Origin: Eledone cirrhosa
Taxonomy: Eukaryota
Assembly: GCA_964016885.1 (NCBI GenBank)
Contig: OZ024740.1
Location: forward strand, 319,300,001 to 319,364,000
Length of the DNA: 64,000 nucleotides
Reading direction: 5' to 3'
A program made the translations under genes and the position numbers. Positions within the stretch are counted from its first letter, which is position 1. Every line of letters begins with the position of its first letter. Below are positions 61,090-64,000 of the stretch, piece after piece. Below the pieces are notes generated by a model. That model ran no database searches. It worked only from the letters and a program-made list of their open reading frames with translations, and was not told the DNA's origin.

Positions 61090-62240
61090 TCCAGGATTGT
61101 CTCGTCTATTTCCACACCTTACATTTTATCTGATATTCTAACGACTCTACCCATAAGCTGTATTTCTACTACAATACTAACTTCAAATAATCCAGGATTG
61201 TCACGTCTATTTCCACAACTTACATTCTATCTGATATTCTAACGACTCTACCAATTCGAAGTCTTTCTACTACAATACTAACAACAAATAATTTAGGATT
61301 GTCTCGTCTATTTCCACAACTTACATTCTATCTGACGTTCTAACGATTCTACCCATTCGCTGTATTTCTACTAAAATACTAACTTCAAATAATCCAGGAT
61401 TGTCTCGTCTATTTCCACAACTTACATTCTATCTGACATTCTAACGACTCGACCAATTCGAAGTCTTTCTACTACAATACTCACAACAAACAATCAAGGA
61501 TTGTAACGTCTATTTCCACAACTTACATTCTATCTGACATTCTAACGACTCTACCAATTCGAAGTCTTTCTACTACAATACTCACAACAAATAATCCAGG
61601 ATTGTCTCGTCTATTTCCACACCTTACATTCTATCTGACATTCTAACGACTCTACCAATTCGAAGTCTTTCTACTACAATACTCACAACAAATAATCCAG
61701 GATTGTCTCGTCTATTTCCACAATTTACATTCTATCTGACATTCTAACGACTCTACCAATTCGAAGTCTTTCTACTACAATACTAACTTTCATTAATCCA
61801 GGATTGTCTCCTCTATTTCCACAACTTACATTCTATCTGACATGCTAACGACTCTACCAATTCGCTGTATTTCTACTACAAGACTCACAACAAATAATCC
61901 AGGATTGTCGCGTCTATTTCCACACCTTACATTTTATCTGATATTCTAACGACTCTACCCATAAGCTGTATTTCTACTACAATACTAACTTCAAATAATC
62001 CAGGATTGTCACGTCTATTTCCACAACTTACATTCTATCTGATATTCTAACGACTCTACCAATTCGAAGTCTTTCTACTACAATACTAACAACAAATAAT
62101 TTAGGATTGTCTCGTCTATTTCCACAACTTACATTCTATCTGACGTTCTAACGATTCTACCCATTCGCTGTATTTCTACTAAAATACTAACTTCAAATAA
62201 TCCAGGATTGTCTCGTCTATTTCCACAGCTTACATTCTAT
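61090..62240. repeat. Cassette repeated at an 8-monomer (808 bp) offset
   Basis: ATAAGCTG at 61153/61961, each followed by the same TTTAGG and CCCATTCGCTG monomers. Confidence 0.7.
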
Positions 62241-64000
62241 CTGACGTTCTAACGATTCTACCCATTCGCTGTATTTGAACTAAAATACTAACTTCAAATA
62301 ATCCAGGATTGTCTCGTCTATTTCCACAACACACATTCTAACTGACATTCTAACGACTCTACCAATTCGAAGTCTTTCTACTACAATACTCACAACAAAT
62401 CATCCAGGATTGTCTCCTCTATTTCCACAACATACATTCTATCTGACATTCAATCGACTATATCAATTCGAAGTCTTTCTACTACAATACTAACAACAAA
62501 TAATCCAGGATTGTCTCGTCTATTTCCACAAGTTACATTCTATCTGACATTCTAACGACTCTACCAATTCGAAGTCTTTCTACTACAATACTAACTTTAA
62601 ATAATCCAGGATTGTCTCCTCTATTTCAACAACTTACGTTCTATCTGACATTCTAACGACTCTACCAATTCGAGGTCTTTCTACTACAATACTCACAACA
62701 AATAATCCAGGATTGTCTCGTCTATTTCCACACCTTACATTCTATCTGACATTCTAACGACTCTACCAATTCGCTGTATTTCTACTACAATACTAACTTC
62801 AAATAATCCAGGATTGTCTCATCTATTTCCACAACTTACATTCTATCTGATATTCGAACGACTCTACCAATTCGAAGTATTTCTACTACAATACTAACAA
62901 CAAATAATGCAGGATTGTCTCGTCTATTTCCACGACTTACATTCTATCTGACATTCTAACGACTCTACCAATTCGAAGTCTTTGTACTACAATACTCACA
63001 ACAAATAATCAAGGATTGTATCGTCTATTTCCACAACTTACATTCTATCTGACATTCTAACGACTCTACCAATTTGAAGTCTTTCTACTACGATACTCAC
63101 AACAAATAGTCCAGAATTGTCTCGTCTATTTCCACAACTTACACTCTATCTGACATTCAAACGACTCTATCAATTCGAAGTCTTTCTCCTACAATACTAA
63201 CTTCAAATAATCCAGGATTGTCTCGTCTATTTCCACAACTTACATTCTATCTGACATTCTAACGACTCTACCAATTCGAGGTCTTTCTACTACAATACTC
63301 ACAACAAATAATCCAGGATTGTCTCGTCTATTTCCACACCTTACATTCTATCTGACATTCTAACGACTCTACCAATTCGAAGTCTTTCTACTACAATACT
63401 AACTTTCATTAATCCAGGATTGCCTCCTCTATTTCCACAACTTACATTCTATCTGACATGCTAACGACTCTACCAATTCGCTGTATTTCTACTACAATAC
63501 TCACAATAAATAATCCAGCATAGTCTTGTCTATTTCCACAACACACATTCTAACTGACATTCTAACGACTCTACCAATTCGAAGTCTTTCTACTACAATA
63601 CTCACAACAAATCATCCAGGATTGTCTCCTCTATTTCCACAACTTACCTTCTATCTGACGTTCAATCGACTCTATAAATTCGAAGTCTTTCTACTACAAT
63701 ACGAACAACAAATAATCCAGGATTGTCTCGTCTATTTCCACAACTTACATTCTATCTGACATTCTAACGACTCTACCAATTCGAAGTCTTTCTACTACAA
63801 TACTAACAACAAATAATCTAGGATTGTCTCGTCTATTTCCACAACTTACATTCTATCTGACATTCAATCGTCTCTATCAATTCGAAGTCTTTCTACTACA
63901 ATACTAACAACAAATAATCCAGGATTGTCTCGTCTATTTCAACAACTTACATTCTATCTGACATTCTAACGACTCTACCAATTCGCTGTATTTCTACTAC

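Larger units (their letters stand above)
1..64000. repeat. Satellite DNA array, 101-bp monomer, about 633.3 head-to-tail copies, extends beyond both window edges
   Basis: Monomer starts (GACTCTACC or a variant) at 1, 102, 203, 304, ... 1011, 1819; last start at 63971 = 1 + 633x101 + 37, where +37 is the sum of the eight indels seen. No non-repeat sequence or inverted block noticed. Confidence 0.99.

Noticed and set aside
63526-63759. 77-aa ORF from the supplied track
   Set aside because: It lies wholly within about 2.3 satellite monomers and starts at TTG. It is open only because chance variants remove stops; 101 is not a multiple of 3 and no other copies are open.
1-64000. CRISPR array or repeat-spacer system
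   Set aside because: There are no unique spacers: the entire 101-bp unit is repeated, and there is no leader or cas gene.
1-64000. Giant repetitive protein gene, or tandem tRNA/5S/snRNA gene cluster
   Set aside because: The ORF track shows no long frame on either strand, and I see no cloverleaf, recognisable 5S/snRNA sequence or Pol III box A/B in the monomer.

Overview
The whole 64 kb window is one uninterrupted head-to-tail tandem array of a 101-bp monomer: 633 complete units plus a 30-bp partial unit, all in one orientation and running off both edges. The by-eye consensus is GACTCTACCAATTCGAAGTCTTTCTACTACAATACTCACAACAAATAATCCAGGATTGTCTCGTCTATTTCCACAACTTACATTCTATCTGACATTCTAAC (about 36% GC; 28 C versus 8 G on the + strand). 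It looks like eukaryotic satellite DNA, possibly (peri)centromeric, but I do not recognise the family or host. I see no genes, RNA genes, transposons or CRISPR array, and the single supplied ORF is a chance opening in the repeat. The structure lies in the variants. (1) Recurrent monomer types form fixed ordered cassettes that are reshuffled into local higher-order repeats with offsets of 2, 3, 5, 8, 11, 19, 21, 22, 23, 24, 27 and 37/38 monomers. (2) Length is very strictly conserved: eight visible indels explain the net phase drift. (3) One out-of-register junction (+23 bp, 2-bp microhomology) was itself duplicated. (4) Several rare multi-base substitutions convert imperfect inverted repeats into perfect hairpins. 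I cannot support a new gene-encoded system here. Block boundaries were read by eye and are accurate to about one monomer.
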